NCBI GenBank assembly: GCA_963733195.1
Contig: CAVTCR010000013.1
Span: 1 to 52,362, forward strand
DNA: 52,362 nucleotides
Direction of reading: 5' to 3'
Source: an uncultured delta proteobacterium
GTDB lineage: Bacteria; Desulfobacterota; Binatia; Bin18
A program made the translations under genes and the position numbers. Shown piece after piece: positions 37,165 through 45,998 of the stretch; position 1 is the stretch's first letter, and every line of letters starts with the position of its first letter. The notes below the pieces were generated by a model. It was given only the letters and a program-made list of their open reading frames with translations. It ran no database searches and was not told where the DNA came from.

Positions 37165-37563
37165 TTAACGGTTTTCTGCTGCAAGTGCCTTACGGATATG
37201 ATCAGGAATTGGGATAGGCCTGCCATCTTTCCCGACAAAAACCACCGTCACTTTTCCACTAATGCAGTTGCGATCCTCTTTGAAGACTTCAATGGTCAGA
37301 GTGATGGAGGTGTTCCCCATTCGCTCGGGTTCGATATGAACTGCTAGTTCGTCATCGACTGTGACAATCTCATGGAAGGTAGCCTTAACTTCCTTGCGTG
37401 GTAGTCCAAACTCTTCTTCATGTCCTCGCAGCGGTATGCCAGCGCGGCGGAATAATTCCCATTCAGCTATCTCAAAGTATCGAAATGCTGCCGTATAATG
37501 AATCCGTCCAGACGCATCAGTATCAACCCAACGGACTCGTAATTTCTCAACGTGTTTGAGCAC
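37165..37563 (-). CDS. Acyl-CoA thioesterase (4HBT hot-dog fold)
   Basis: RVRWVDTDASGRIHY..YFE, GNTSI, GRPIPIP. Confidence 0.88.
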   Translation of the reverse strand: MLKHVEKLRVRWVDTDASGRIHYTAAFRYFEIAEWELFRRAGIPLRGHEEEFGLPRKEVKATFHEIVTVDDELAVHIEPERMGNTSITLTIEVFKEDRNCISGKVTVVFVGKDGRPIPIPDHIRKALAAENR

Positions 37564-37621
37564 TAACAGTAGTCACCCACAAGGAAGTCTCTCGCGAAAG
37601 ATCAATCAAGATCATTATCTC

Positions 37622-39634
37622 TTAGCGCTTCCCATTCTTCCCAGAAGAAGCTTGCTGATGATCCTTCCTTTGGCGAGAACCTGCCGTAGTTGCAACTCTT
37701 TCATTCTGCTGGGGAATAACAAGAGAAGCGAGAGATTTTCTACCGATTTCTAGAATTGCCAGCTTCTCAACAAGAGACTTCTTTTTTGCCTCGATGACAG
37801 GGTCAACTGGAGCTGGCTCTTCTTCGGGAGCACTTGCTACCATTTCCTCTTCTGAACGCTCAGTAAACGGGTTGACAAAGGTACCGTCCCTCAACAGTTC
37901 AAAGTGGAGATGGGGTCCAGTTGCGAGGCCAGTAGAGCCAACGTATCCAACGACATGTCCTTTCTCAATTTTTGCCCCTTCCTCAAGCCCTGCAGCAAAA
38001 CCCTGGAGATGTGCGTAGGCAGTTTCATACGGCCCTGGGTGATCAACTTTTACAAGATTGCCATATCCTGACTGGCGGCCAACGAATGTTACGAAACCTT
38101 TGGCAACCGAATAGACTGGTGTCCCACGTGGAGCTGCAAAGTCAATTCCGTTGTGACTACGGGTACGATGAAGGATGGGATGAAACCGCGCTCCAGAAAA
38201 GGACGAAGAGATACGGGAGAATTGAAGCGGGAAACGCAAAAACTTCTCACCTTCACTTTCAATGTCGAGCCCTTGTCCTCGATATGCTTCTTCAAACTTT
38301 TTCTTTTGCAGAAGATGTCGCTCTTCTGGTAGCGAGAATGCGGTGAAAGTCTCTCCGCGGTTTGATAGCTCAGCCGCGAGCAGGGCTTTGTATTCAATGA
38401 TCTTTTGACCGCGTTGTATTGCCTCGAGCAAAATTTTGAAAGAATCTCCGGTCCGAAGATCAGAGAGGTCGATCTCCCATTCAAGGTCTCTTATCGATTT
38501 CACTATCTGTTCTGGTACGCCCGTTTTTTTGATGGATTTCGATAGGCTTTTCTCAACCCGCCCACCGAGCACGAGCCAGACCGGCTGAGTCGGTGGCAGG
38601 ATTCTGGTAGCCTCGATCAGTTTCGGAGTTTTCCTGTCGAGAATAAGATGGACGTCCTCCTCAGGGACATAGGTCAAGGTCTTAAGTCCTGGATTCTCGA
38701 CATCTTGGGCAAAGAACAGCTCTATAACTTGTTTTGGCCGTAGCGTACGGAACTCAGTAAGTTTTCGTGCGGCTTTGACCCACTGGGTGGCTTCTTTTGC
38801 CGGTACTCCTGCCTGTTTGAGAATTTTTTCTAGCGTCTCGTTTTTCTTTATCCGGTGAGAAAGATAGTCAGGGAAGGAAACGGAGGACTCTTCTTTTTGA
38901 GCCAGTTTGGGTACGGGAAGAGGAACAGGAGCAATGGCTGCTGTGATAACTGGAGCAGATTGTTTCTGCACAGGGCCTTCCAACGCCGTCTTCACCTCTT
39001 CGAGACTACGGACCTTTGCTGCGATCTGTGGCTTTTCCTCTTTTTTCTTAGCCTGCGCTGCCACTACCGCAAGGGTCAGAGAAACAAATTGGTGGGTACT
39101 GTTCTTCACAACCTGCCACTGCGTTGCCGATAAACTTTGCCCAAGAACCACAGGTTGGTTTTTCTCTTTGACATCTTGTGAAGAAACAGTAACATTAGGT
39201 TCGGTCGAAGGGATCAAAAGAAGGCCATGATTGACGTGGTTCTCGACTGCAATCCAAGACCCATCGGGGATTTGCGTCGAGGACGGTGCCTCTCCGAGGT
39301 TTTGACCGGCGGCGGTAACAGACGAAGCCTCTTTCTCAGAAGATTTGACAAACCCTTCAGTTTTGAGATTCTTTGTTATGGGTTGAGGATCAGCCCCAGA
39401 TCGGGTGCTTAGGATGGACTGGCCCCCTTCAGCGTTTCGTACCTCAATGAGGCGCCGCTTTAGCTGTTGGGTAATCTTTTTCTTTTCGAGCGTTGGATCG
39501 GTTGCAGAATTCGCTGTGCGAACGACAAGGCTCAAGAGGAATAGTGTAAGAATCGGAGCAAAAATGAGAAGTTGGATATGGCCGGACTGCTGAGCCAGAA
39601 GGGTGCGTATCCTTGCCCTGACGATATACCTCAT
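37622..39634 (-). CDS. M23-family peptidoglycan endopeptidase (N-terminal TM, LysM/OapA-like region)
   Basis: RISSSF..RFHPI, HNGIDFAAPRGTP, YAHL, GSTGLATGPHLHFE. Confidence 0.92.
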   Translation of the reverse strand: MRYIVRARIRTLLAQQSGHIQLLIFAPILTLFLLSLVVRTANSATDPTLEKKKITQQLKRRLIEVRNAEGGQSILSTRSGADPQPITKNLKTEGFVKSSEKEASSVTAAGQNLGEAPSSTQIPDGSWIAVENHVNHGLLLIPSTEPNVTVSSQDVKEKNQPVVLGQSLSATQWQVVKNSTHQFVSLTLAVVAAQAKKKEEKPQIAAKVRSLEEVKTALEGPVQKQSAPVITAAIAPVPLPVPKLAQKEESSVSFPDYLSHRIKKNETLEKILKQAGVPAKEATQWVKAARKLTEFRTLRPKQVIELFFAQDVENPGLKTLTYVPEEDVHLILDRKTPKLIEATRILPPTQPVWLVLGGRVEKSLSKSIKKTGVPEQIVKSIRDLEWEIDLSDLRTGDSFKILLEAIQRGQKIIEYKALLAAELSNRGETFTAFSLPEERHLLQKKKFEEAYRGQGLDIESEGEKFLRFPLQFSRISSSFSGARFHPILHRTRSHNGIDFAAPRGTPVYSVAKGFVTFVGRQSGYGNLVKVDHPGPYETAYAHLQGFAAGLEEGAKIEKGHVVGYVGSTGLATGPHLHFELLRDGTFVNPFTERSEEEMVASAPEEEPAPVDPVIEAKKKSLVEKLAILEIGRKSLASLVIPQQNERVATTAGSRQRKDHQQASSGKNGKR

Positions 39635-39812
39635 CCCTCACCCCCGGATGCAGAAGTTTTCCTTTCAACACCGCCGACCTTCCCATTCCACTTCACTCAT
39701 TCCCTGGTGCGAAAGAGGCCCTAACCTGCCAGCATTGGCACAAAATGTCAAGTGAAATATTCCCCCCTCTCCGGTCCTCTCCTGTAGGCGAGGTTGAGTT
39801 GCAAGAAGAGCA

Positions 39813-40832
39813 ATGGTAGTACTGCGGTGCGTGAAGAAAAATTTTATTCTTTGCGGACTTGCATTCATTTTCATTATTGCAATTGCGGCCTGGTACGTCC
39901 ATCGTTTTCTTGTGACTCCAGGCCCAGTCCTGCAACAGCCTGCGGTGGTCCTTGTCCCGAAAGGGGCCTCACTGCGTACGATTTCCCAGATGCTAGCTGA
40001 AGAGAGATTGGTAACTAATGACAGGCTGTTTTCCTGGTGGGCCCGGTGGACTGGGGCTGAACGCAAGATCAAGGCGGGTGAGTACGAATTTACTGAGGCA
40101 CTCACCCCTGTGGAACTCTTACAACGGTTACTCACAGGACAAGGGCTTCGGGTTGTCGTTACGATTCCCGAGGGGCTCACTTTTAGACAAATTGTTACGT
40201 TACTGACAGAAAAGGGATTCGGTTCGCCAGAAAGCTTTTTCTGCCTCAATACTGATCCAGGTTTTTTGGAAAAATGGGGACTCCCGGCGCAGGGGATAGA
40301 GGGGTATCTTTTTCCTGATACCTATCATTTCTCGCGCTTTGCTTCTGCAGAAGAGCTTTTGAGCCAGATGATTGCGCGTTTTTATAGAATCTTCAAACCC
40401 GAGATGTATCGCCAAGCCGACGCCGTTAATTTTTCTGTACATGAGGTTGTGACTTTGGCCTCACTGATTGAGAAGGAAACCGGCACTGCTCCTGAACGTC
40501 CTCTGGTCTCCGCCGTTTTTCATAATCGTCTCAAAAAGGGGATTCCACTCCAGTGTGACCCAACGGTTATCTATGGCATCACAGACTTTGATGGTAACCT
40601 GACTCACCAGCACCTTCGTACCCTGACTCCGTATAACACTTATCTTGTCCGCGGTTTGCCACCTGGCCCGATTGCCAATCCTGGTCTCAATTCCCTTCTG
40701 GCTGCTATCCAACCGGCCAGGGAAGATTACTTGTATTTTGTTGCTAAAGGAGATGGGTCTCACCAGTTTTCTTCAGATCTTGCTTCTCATAACCGTGCGG
40801 TCCAACAATATCAAAGAAGGCAGCGTTCGTGA
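39813..40832 (+). CDS. mltG: Endolytic transglycosylase MltG
   Basis: TIPEG, EGYLFPDTY, LASLIEKE, LQCDPT, YNTY..GLPPGPIANPG, YLYFV, HNRAV. Confidence 0.96.
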   Translation: MVVLRCVKKNFILCGLAFIFIIAIAAWYVHRFLVTPGPVLQQPAVVLVPKGASLRTISQMLAEERLVTNDRLFSWWARWTGAERKIKAGEYEFTEALTPVELLQRLLTGQGLRVVVTIPEGLTFRQIVTLLTEKGFGSPESFFCLNTDPGFLEKWGLPAQGIEGYLFPDTYHFSRFASAEELLSQMIARFYRIFKPEMYRQADAVNFSVHEVVTLASLIEKETGTAPERPLVSAVFHNRLKKGIPLQCDPTVIYGITDFDGNLTHQHLRTLTPYNTYLVRGLPPGPIANPGLNSLLAAIQPAREDYLYFVAKGDGSHQFSSDLASHNRAVQQYQRRQRS

Positions 40833-42274
40833 CTAACTCTCCTACTCGCCTGATTGAGCAAACCAGGAAGCGTCTTGTTCGGCAGCGACAGATGAATCGC
40901 CTGGGGATCTTTCTCCCTTTGGCTGTTGCGATTGCCTGGTTTTGCTGGCTGGTCCTTGATGTCTTTGCGTTTCCCCGAGTGTTAATTGTCGTTCCTATCA
41001 TTGTTCTTGCTGCTTGGCTCTGGTTTGTCGCACGACAAGCAAAACAGTCGATTGAGAAAGAAGTCGCTGCTGTACTGATTGATGAAAAAACTGACAGCAA
41101 GGACCGATTTCTCACCCTTTCGACCACGCCACAAGCACAAACTGCTTCCCCGCTTTTTCCTGTTTTGCAACGCCAAGTAACAGAAAAGACATCTGTGTTT
41201 CGCTTGGATCGAGACGTTCCGTTCACGCTTGATCGCCGGGTGCTCTTTTCCTTTGCTGGGTCTGCCCTCTGCATTCTTACATTTATTATGTTCCCACCAT
41301 TATTTTCTCCCACCGAAAAGATTGAAGCTGCGATTCCCCAATCCCCAATAACGGAGAACGAAATAGAAAAACTCCAAGAAGTTGCCCGCATGCTGATGCG
41401 TAAGGGAGCCCCACCACAGGAACAAGTCGTTGGCAAGCAGTTACTAGCCCTTGCTGAGAAGCTTAAGGATCCAACGCTGCCTCAGGAGGAAAAGCAGCGC
41501 CTTATTGAAGAGACTCAACAAAAAATACAGCTCTCCATGCCGCAGTTGCTCCCGTTTGATCTCAAAATTTTTGCTAACGACAGCAAGAACGACAAGGGTG
41601 AAGGTAACCAGAGCGAAAAGCCACAGAAGGACGGGAAATCATCAGCTAAGTCAGATCAGCCTGCCGAGCAAGGGAAAGGTTCGTCCTCCTCGGGAAGCAC
41701 GGATCAGCAGCAACAAGGACCGCAAAATAACCAGCAATCCAACAGTAAAAACCAACCGCAGCCCAAAGAAGGTGGCGGTGGGATAAAGTTCGATCAACCG
41801 CAACAACCGCAGACCGGAGAAAAGAAAGAACGTAACGGGCAAGAACCAAGCGAACAGCAACAGTCGGCGCAAAATCAAGCACCTAATAGTCAGACCCCAG
41901 GAAGCGACCCCAACCGCCCTGGTGGACAGGATGGATCGAATCAAGATCAAGAAAAAAAGGGGCAAACTCCTAATCCTCAACAACCAGGGCAAGGAGAGGG
42001 GGGAAAAGGATCAACTGTAAGTGGCGGGCGAGGCGAGCGCTTTACCCAACCCGGTGAGCAGCCAGGCGGGTTTCTCACCAAGGATGCCCGTTTTGTGAAG
42101 GTGCGGATACCGACGGGGAATGAGCCACAGGGGAAGGGAGATGCGCTGGCGGACAATTACGATCCTGCACAGCCAAAGACGCCATACAGTAATGCGCCTC
42201 TTAAAGATGCCCCACCTGATGAGATTCAGCCACAACAACCGATTCCATTAGAATATCGTGCGATTCTAAAGTGA
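40829..42274 (+). CDS. Membrane protein with a long Gln/Gly/Pro-rich C-terminal tail (MoxR-associated type)
   Basis: About 3 TMs, AVLIDE..DSKDRFLT, low-complexity tail, ends IPLEYRAILK; GTGA overlap with mltG. Confidence 0.75.
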   Translation: MTNSPTRLIEQTRKRLVRQRQMNRLGIFLPLAVAIAWFCWLVLDVFAFPRVLIVVPIIVLAAWLWFVARQAKQSIEKEVAAVLIDEKTDSKDRFLTLSTTPQAQTASPLFPVLQRQVTEKTSVFRLDRDVPFTLDRRVLFSFAGSALCILTFIMFPPLFSPTEKIEAAIPQSPITENEIEKLQEVARMLMRKGAPPQEQVVGKQLLALAEKLKDPTLPQEEKQRLIEETQQKIQLSMPQLLPFDLKIFANDSKNDKGEGNQSEKPQKDGKSSAKSDQPAEQGKGSSSSGSTDQQQQGPQNNQQSNSKNQPQPKEGGGGIKFDQPQQPQTGEKKERNGQEPSEQQQSAQNQAPNSQTPGSDPNRPGGQDGSNQDQEKKGQTPNPQQPGQGEGGKGSTVSGGRGERFTQPGEQPGGFLTKDARFVKVRIPTGNEPQGKGDALADNYDPAQPKTPYSNAPLKDAPPDEIQPQQPIPLEYRAILK

Positions 42275-42277
42275 CCT

Positions 42278-43276
42278 ATGCCATCACCAGAAGAACGTGT
42301 TAAGGAATTTCGCCGTATCTTCACCGCGATTGAGGAAGAAGTAGGCCAGGTTATTGTCGGCCAACGTGCTGCTGTACGGAAAGTACTCACTGCTTTCTTC
42401 GCCAGTGGGCATGTATTGATTGAGGGGGTTCCTGGCTTAGGCAAAACCCTCATGGTGAAATCTCTCAGTCAGGCGCTCGGGCTCACATTCAAGCGTATTC
42501 AGTTTACTCCTGACTTGATGCCGTCGGATATTGTTGGTACGCAAGTCCTCTCTGACGGCGCTGGCGTACGTCACTTCGAGTTTAAACGCGGTCCGATATT
42601 TGCCAACATTGTCTTAGCCGATGAAGTCAACCGCGCAACCCCTAAAACCCAATCCGCGCTGTTAGAGGCGATGGAAGAACAACAAGTGACGGTTTTTGGT
42701 GAAACCTATACACTTGATTCTCCGTTCTTTGTCTTGGCAACGCAAAACCCAATTGAAATTGAAGGCACCTATCCGTTGCCGGAAGCGCAATTAGACCGGT
42801 TCCTGTTCAAATTGATTATCCAACCACCAAACTCGATAGAATTGACCGAGATTCTTGCCCGCACCACCGCCGGCTCGCGATACCAAATCCGGCAGGTTCT
42901 TCCACCAGACCGTGCGCATCTCCTGGTAGAAGAAATGAAGTTGCTTGCCCGTGAAGTGTTACTTGCTCCACCGTTAGGGATGTACATTGCCCGCCTGATC
43001 GCAGCGGCAACTCCGGGACCAGACCAAAGTGGTGTTCCTGAAGTCTCGCAGTACTTTCGCTTTGGCCCTGGTCCACGTGGTGCGCAAGCGCTCGTTCTTG
43101 GTGCGAAAGTCAATGCGCTTCTTGATAATCGCGTCAATGTCAGTTTTGAGGATATTGCCGACGTAACCCTCCCGGCACTTCGTCACCGCTGTCTGCTCAA
43201 CTTTCAAGCCGAAGCAGAAAACGTAACTGCCGACCAGATTGTTGAGATCCTCTTGAAAAAACTCCCGAAGAGATAA
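42278..43276 (+). CDS. MoxR-family AAA+ ATPase
   Basis: HVLIEGVPGLGKT, RIQFTPDLMPSD, ADEVNRATPKTQSALLEAM, ATQNPIE.EGTYPLPEAQLDRF, LRHR. Confidence 0.96.
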   Translation: MPSPEERVKEFRRIFTAIEEEVGQVIVGQRAAVRKVLTAFFASGHVLIEGVPGLGKTLMVKSLSQALGLTFKRIQFTPDLMPSDIVGTQVLSDGAGVRHFEFKRGPIFANIVLADEVNRATPKTQSALLEAMEEQQVTVFGETYTLDSPFFVLATQNPIEIEGTYPLPEAQLDRFLFKLIIQPPNSIELTEILARTTAGSRYQIRQVLPPDRAHLLVEEMKLLAREVLLAPPLGMYIARLIAAATPGPDQSGVPEVSQYFRFGPGPRGAQALVLGAKVNALLDNRVNVSFEDIADVTLPALRHRCLLNFQAEAENVTADQIVEILLKKLPKR

Positions 43277-43731
43277 GGTAAACATCGTCCTGTACTCGCT
43301 GATCCGAAAGACTGCTCTCGAACGTCATACCACGCGGACTGCGCCGATAGGTGATGCGGCGCTTCCATTGGCTGCTCTTGCCGATGAAATAGGGTTCGAT
43401 CTGAATGCCGCATTGTCTCGTGTTGACGGCGACTAGGAATTTTTTAACGAAATAGTGATGCTATTCTTGCAGGACCACCCTAAGTCGCTTGAGGAAATTC
43501 GGGCAGCGATTGCTCGCCAGGATCCACAAGCGGTGACTTTCTTTGCGAACTCACTACGGGGTTCTCTCGGTAATTTTTCTGCCACACCGGCCGTGAATGC
43601 GGCACTGCAACTGGAGAACCTTGGTCGACAGGGAGATTTGTCAACAGCGCAATCTGCCCTAACTCAGCTCGAAGAGTCCATCGCACGGCTTAAACCTCGT
43701 ACTCGTCAGCCTGGTGATGGGGAAGCTGCGT
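43275..43731 (+). repeat. 457-bp direct repeat, copy 1, containing a degenerate HPt-domain fragment
   Basis: Near-identical to 45036-45492; translates FDLNAALSRVDGD*EFFNEIV...ANSLRGSLGNFSA. Confidence 0.92.
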
Positions 43732-43861
43732 GAAACTAAATTTGAGCACAGAAGATTCGGACACTTCCTCACTCTCAGAATGCTTAGGGAAGAAGTGCCC
43801 ATTTTCTCAGATTCCAGCGACAGTCCACCCCATGAAGTTATTGATTTGTGATGGCTTTTGC

Positions 43862-43898
43862 GTAGCATTAGACAGAATGCGGCATTCTGTCTAATTGC
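43862..43898. repeat. REP-like perfect palindrome
   Basis: GTAG...TTAGACAGAATGC-G-GCATTCTGTCTAA (13-bp arms). Confidence 0.55.
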
Positions 43899-44089
43899 TT
43901 TGCGCGTAGCAATTTTGAAACCGAATAAGCCGTTTGTTTAAGATTAACGACCCCAAGCTCAGCGACGGCGGAGGCTGGCGCAACCCATGCTTCCCACCGC
44001 CTTCGCCCGCGCATGGGCTGCTCAATAGGGGCTTACCCTGACCGACACAGGAAACTCTTTTCCTGAGAAGAAAGCTGTGGTATATCATT

Positions 44090-44107
44090 TATGAGTATTT
44101 TCTCATA
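44090..44107 (+). promoter_or_regulatory. Palindromic operator upstream of higBA (probable antitoxin site)
   Basis: TATGAG-tatttt-CTCATA immediately before the toxin start. Confidence 0.55.
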
Positions 44108-44115
44108 TGTAGGGG

Positions 44116-44475
44116 GTGGGTTTGGGAGGTACAGTCCGGCAGGTGGTCTGGTTGGGAGATACCCTCGAAATCTTACGCGCGTTTCCGCCTGAAGTCAGAA
44201 AAGAGATTGGTAGCGCGCTTTATGATGCTCAGAGCGGAGACAAAGCCCCTGCCGCCAAACCCTTCAAGGGGCTGGGTAGTGGCGTCTTTGAAATTGCCAT
44301 TCGGTTCGCCACGAATGCCTACCGGGCCGTGTACGCCGTCCAGATAGGAGAGCGAGTCTACGTGTTGCACGTGTTCCAAAAGAAATCTAAGACGGGCGTG
44401 AAAACACCGCGGCAGGATATCGAACTAATTAAAAGCCGATATCGCCAGGCAGTGAAACTGGAGCAAAAGCCATGA
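44116..44475 (+). CDS. higB: RelE/HigB-superfamily toxin (Gp49-like)
   Basis: LRAFPPEVRKEIG.AL..AQ.G, KPFKGLGSGVFEI, YRAVY, VLHVFQKKS..G.KTP..DIELI. Confidence 0.9.
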   Translation: MGLGGTVRQVVWLGDTLEILRAFPPEVRKEIGSALYDAQSGDKAPAAKPFKGLGSGVFEIAIRFATNAYRAVYAVQIGERVYVLHVFQKKSKTGVKTPRQDIELIKSRYRQAVKLEQKP

Positions 44476-44801
44476 GCGGTCAAAAGGATACTGCGTATCA
44501 GGTAAGTAGCGGCAATATCTTTGCTGATATGGGCTTGGACAATGCGGACGAATTGCTGACCCGTGCGCAGCTGGGTCATTCTATCCGCATGATCTTGAAA
44601 CAGAGAAAGCTCAAGCAGCGGGAGATTGCGCAGCTACTGGGCATTGACCAAGCCGAGGTGTCTAAGCTGATGAACGGGAAATACCATCTGTTCTCGGAAG
44701 GGCGACTGTTTGGATTTCTAAATCGCCTGGATAGGAAAGTCATCGTGCATGTGACTCCACGGCGGCGAGGAGAAAAGCCGCAAGAAGTACGGTTCGTTTA
44801 A
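44472..44801 (+). CDS. higA: XRE-family HTH antitoxin
   Basis: SSGNIFADMG, LKQREIAQLLGIDQAEVSKL..G...FS..RL; ATGA overlap, toxin-first order. Confidence 0.9.
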   Translation: MSGQKDTAYQVSSGNIFADMGLDNADELLTRAQLGHSIRMILKQRKLKQREIAQLLGIDQAEVSKLMNGKYHLFSEGRLFGFLNRLDRKVIVHVTPRRRGEKPQEVRFV

Positions 44802-45035
44802 AGCTCTTCCTTGCCTGCCCTCCTCACCGCTTTCTGTAACGCTCTTTAGTCCTCTATAAGCACTGTCCCCTTTGCACTGGGTGAAGAGTGTTGGGGTTAC
44901 CCCAAGTTGTTTCTGAAGGTTCGTGTATGTTGATATGCCAACTATCTCAACCGGCCCCTTCGGGAACTTTTACGATTGCAGTTCTACGCGCTCTCCTGCT
45001 CATCTAAGGCCGTACCTTAATCATTCCACACGACA

Positions 45036-45492
45036 AAGGTAAACATCGTCCTGTACTCGCTGATCCGAAAGACTGCTCTTGAACGTCATACCACGCGGAC
45101 TGCGCCGACTAGGTGATGCGGCGCTTCCATTGGCTGCTCTTGCCGATGAAATAGGGTTCGATCTGAATGCCGCCTTGTCTCGTGTTGACGGCGACTAGGA
45201 ATTTCTTAACGAAATAGTGATGCTATTTTTACAGGACCACCCTAAGTCGCTTGAGGAAATTCGGGCAGCGATTGCTCGCCAGGATCCACAAGCGGTGACT
45301 TTCTTTGCTAACTCACTACGGGGTTCTCTCAGTAATTTTTCTGCCACACCGGTCGTGAATGCGGCACCGCAACTGGAGAACCTTGGTCGACAGGGAGATT
45401 TGTCAACAGCGCAATCTGCCCTGACTCAGCGCGAAGAGTCCATCGCACGGCTTAAACCCGTACTCGTCAGCCTGGTGATGGGGAAGCTGCGT
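45036..45492 (+). repeat. 457-bp direct repeat, copy 2, degenerate HPt fragment
   Basis: Near-identical to 43275-43731, with the same TAG and the same His-to-Asn change. Confidence 0.92.
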
Positions 45493-45621
45493 AAACCCAG
45501 ACCTCGGGTTGCCTGTTGCGCTAACTTCCGCTCCTATGACGAAGCAGGACTGGGGACCTCGGCCTAAGATTCACTTAAAGTGAAAGACCCTTGAGAGGAC
45601 AGTACGATCCGATGAACCCGC

Positions 45622-45651
45622 TTGACAGCGCTTCTTTCTCTATGCAATAAA
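45622..45651 (+). promoter_or_regulatory. Putative sigma70 promoter of the B12 operon
   Basis: Perfect TTGACA at 45622-45627; weak TG-c-AATAAA extended -10 just ahead of the riboswitch. Confidence 0.4.
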
Positions 45652-45654
45652 ACG

Positions 45655-45830
45655 CGTGGTCATTAGTGGTGTAGGGAAGATCGGTGGAAGTCCGACACGG
45701 CCCCCGCCACTGTAACCGGAACGAACGCGCCCGCAAGCCACTGCTCCTCGCTGGAATGGGAAGGCGGCGTAAGTAGGAACTCCGCTGAGAGCGGACATGC
45801 CGGAAGTCAGGAGACCGACCCTAATGACAG
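45655..45830 (+). ncRNA. Cobalamin riboswitch
   Basis: GGGAA-gatCGGTGgAAgTCCG-ac-CGGCCCCCGCCACTGTAA, GCCACTG...GGGAAGG, AAGTCAGGAGACC B12 box; P1 GTCATTAG/CTAATGAC; directly upstream of cbiA. Confidence 0.95.
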
Positions 45831-45998
45831 CCTCCAGCGGTCCTCCGGGGTGTGAGGGCGGAAGGAAACGAAAGCTGTTTCTTCTTCTCACGCCCAAAGT
45901 ACGTTTCGTGCTTTGGGCGTTGTTTTTTCGGCTTTCCCCTTTTGTTTGATGCATCCTGCGAGAATTTCCCCCGTTGCAGGCAGACAGGGAGCGAGCGC

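Noticed and set aside
43434-43438. Programmed amber readthrough (pyrrolysine) at the TAG shared by both HPt copies
   Set aside because: No pyl genes in the window, the phospho-His is also lost, and there is no proper 5' gene. A lesion predating the duplication is simpler.
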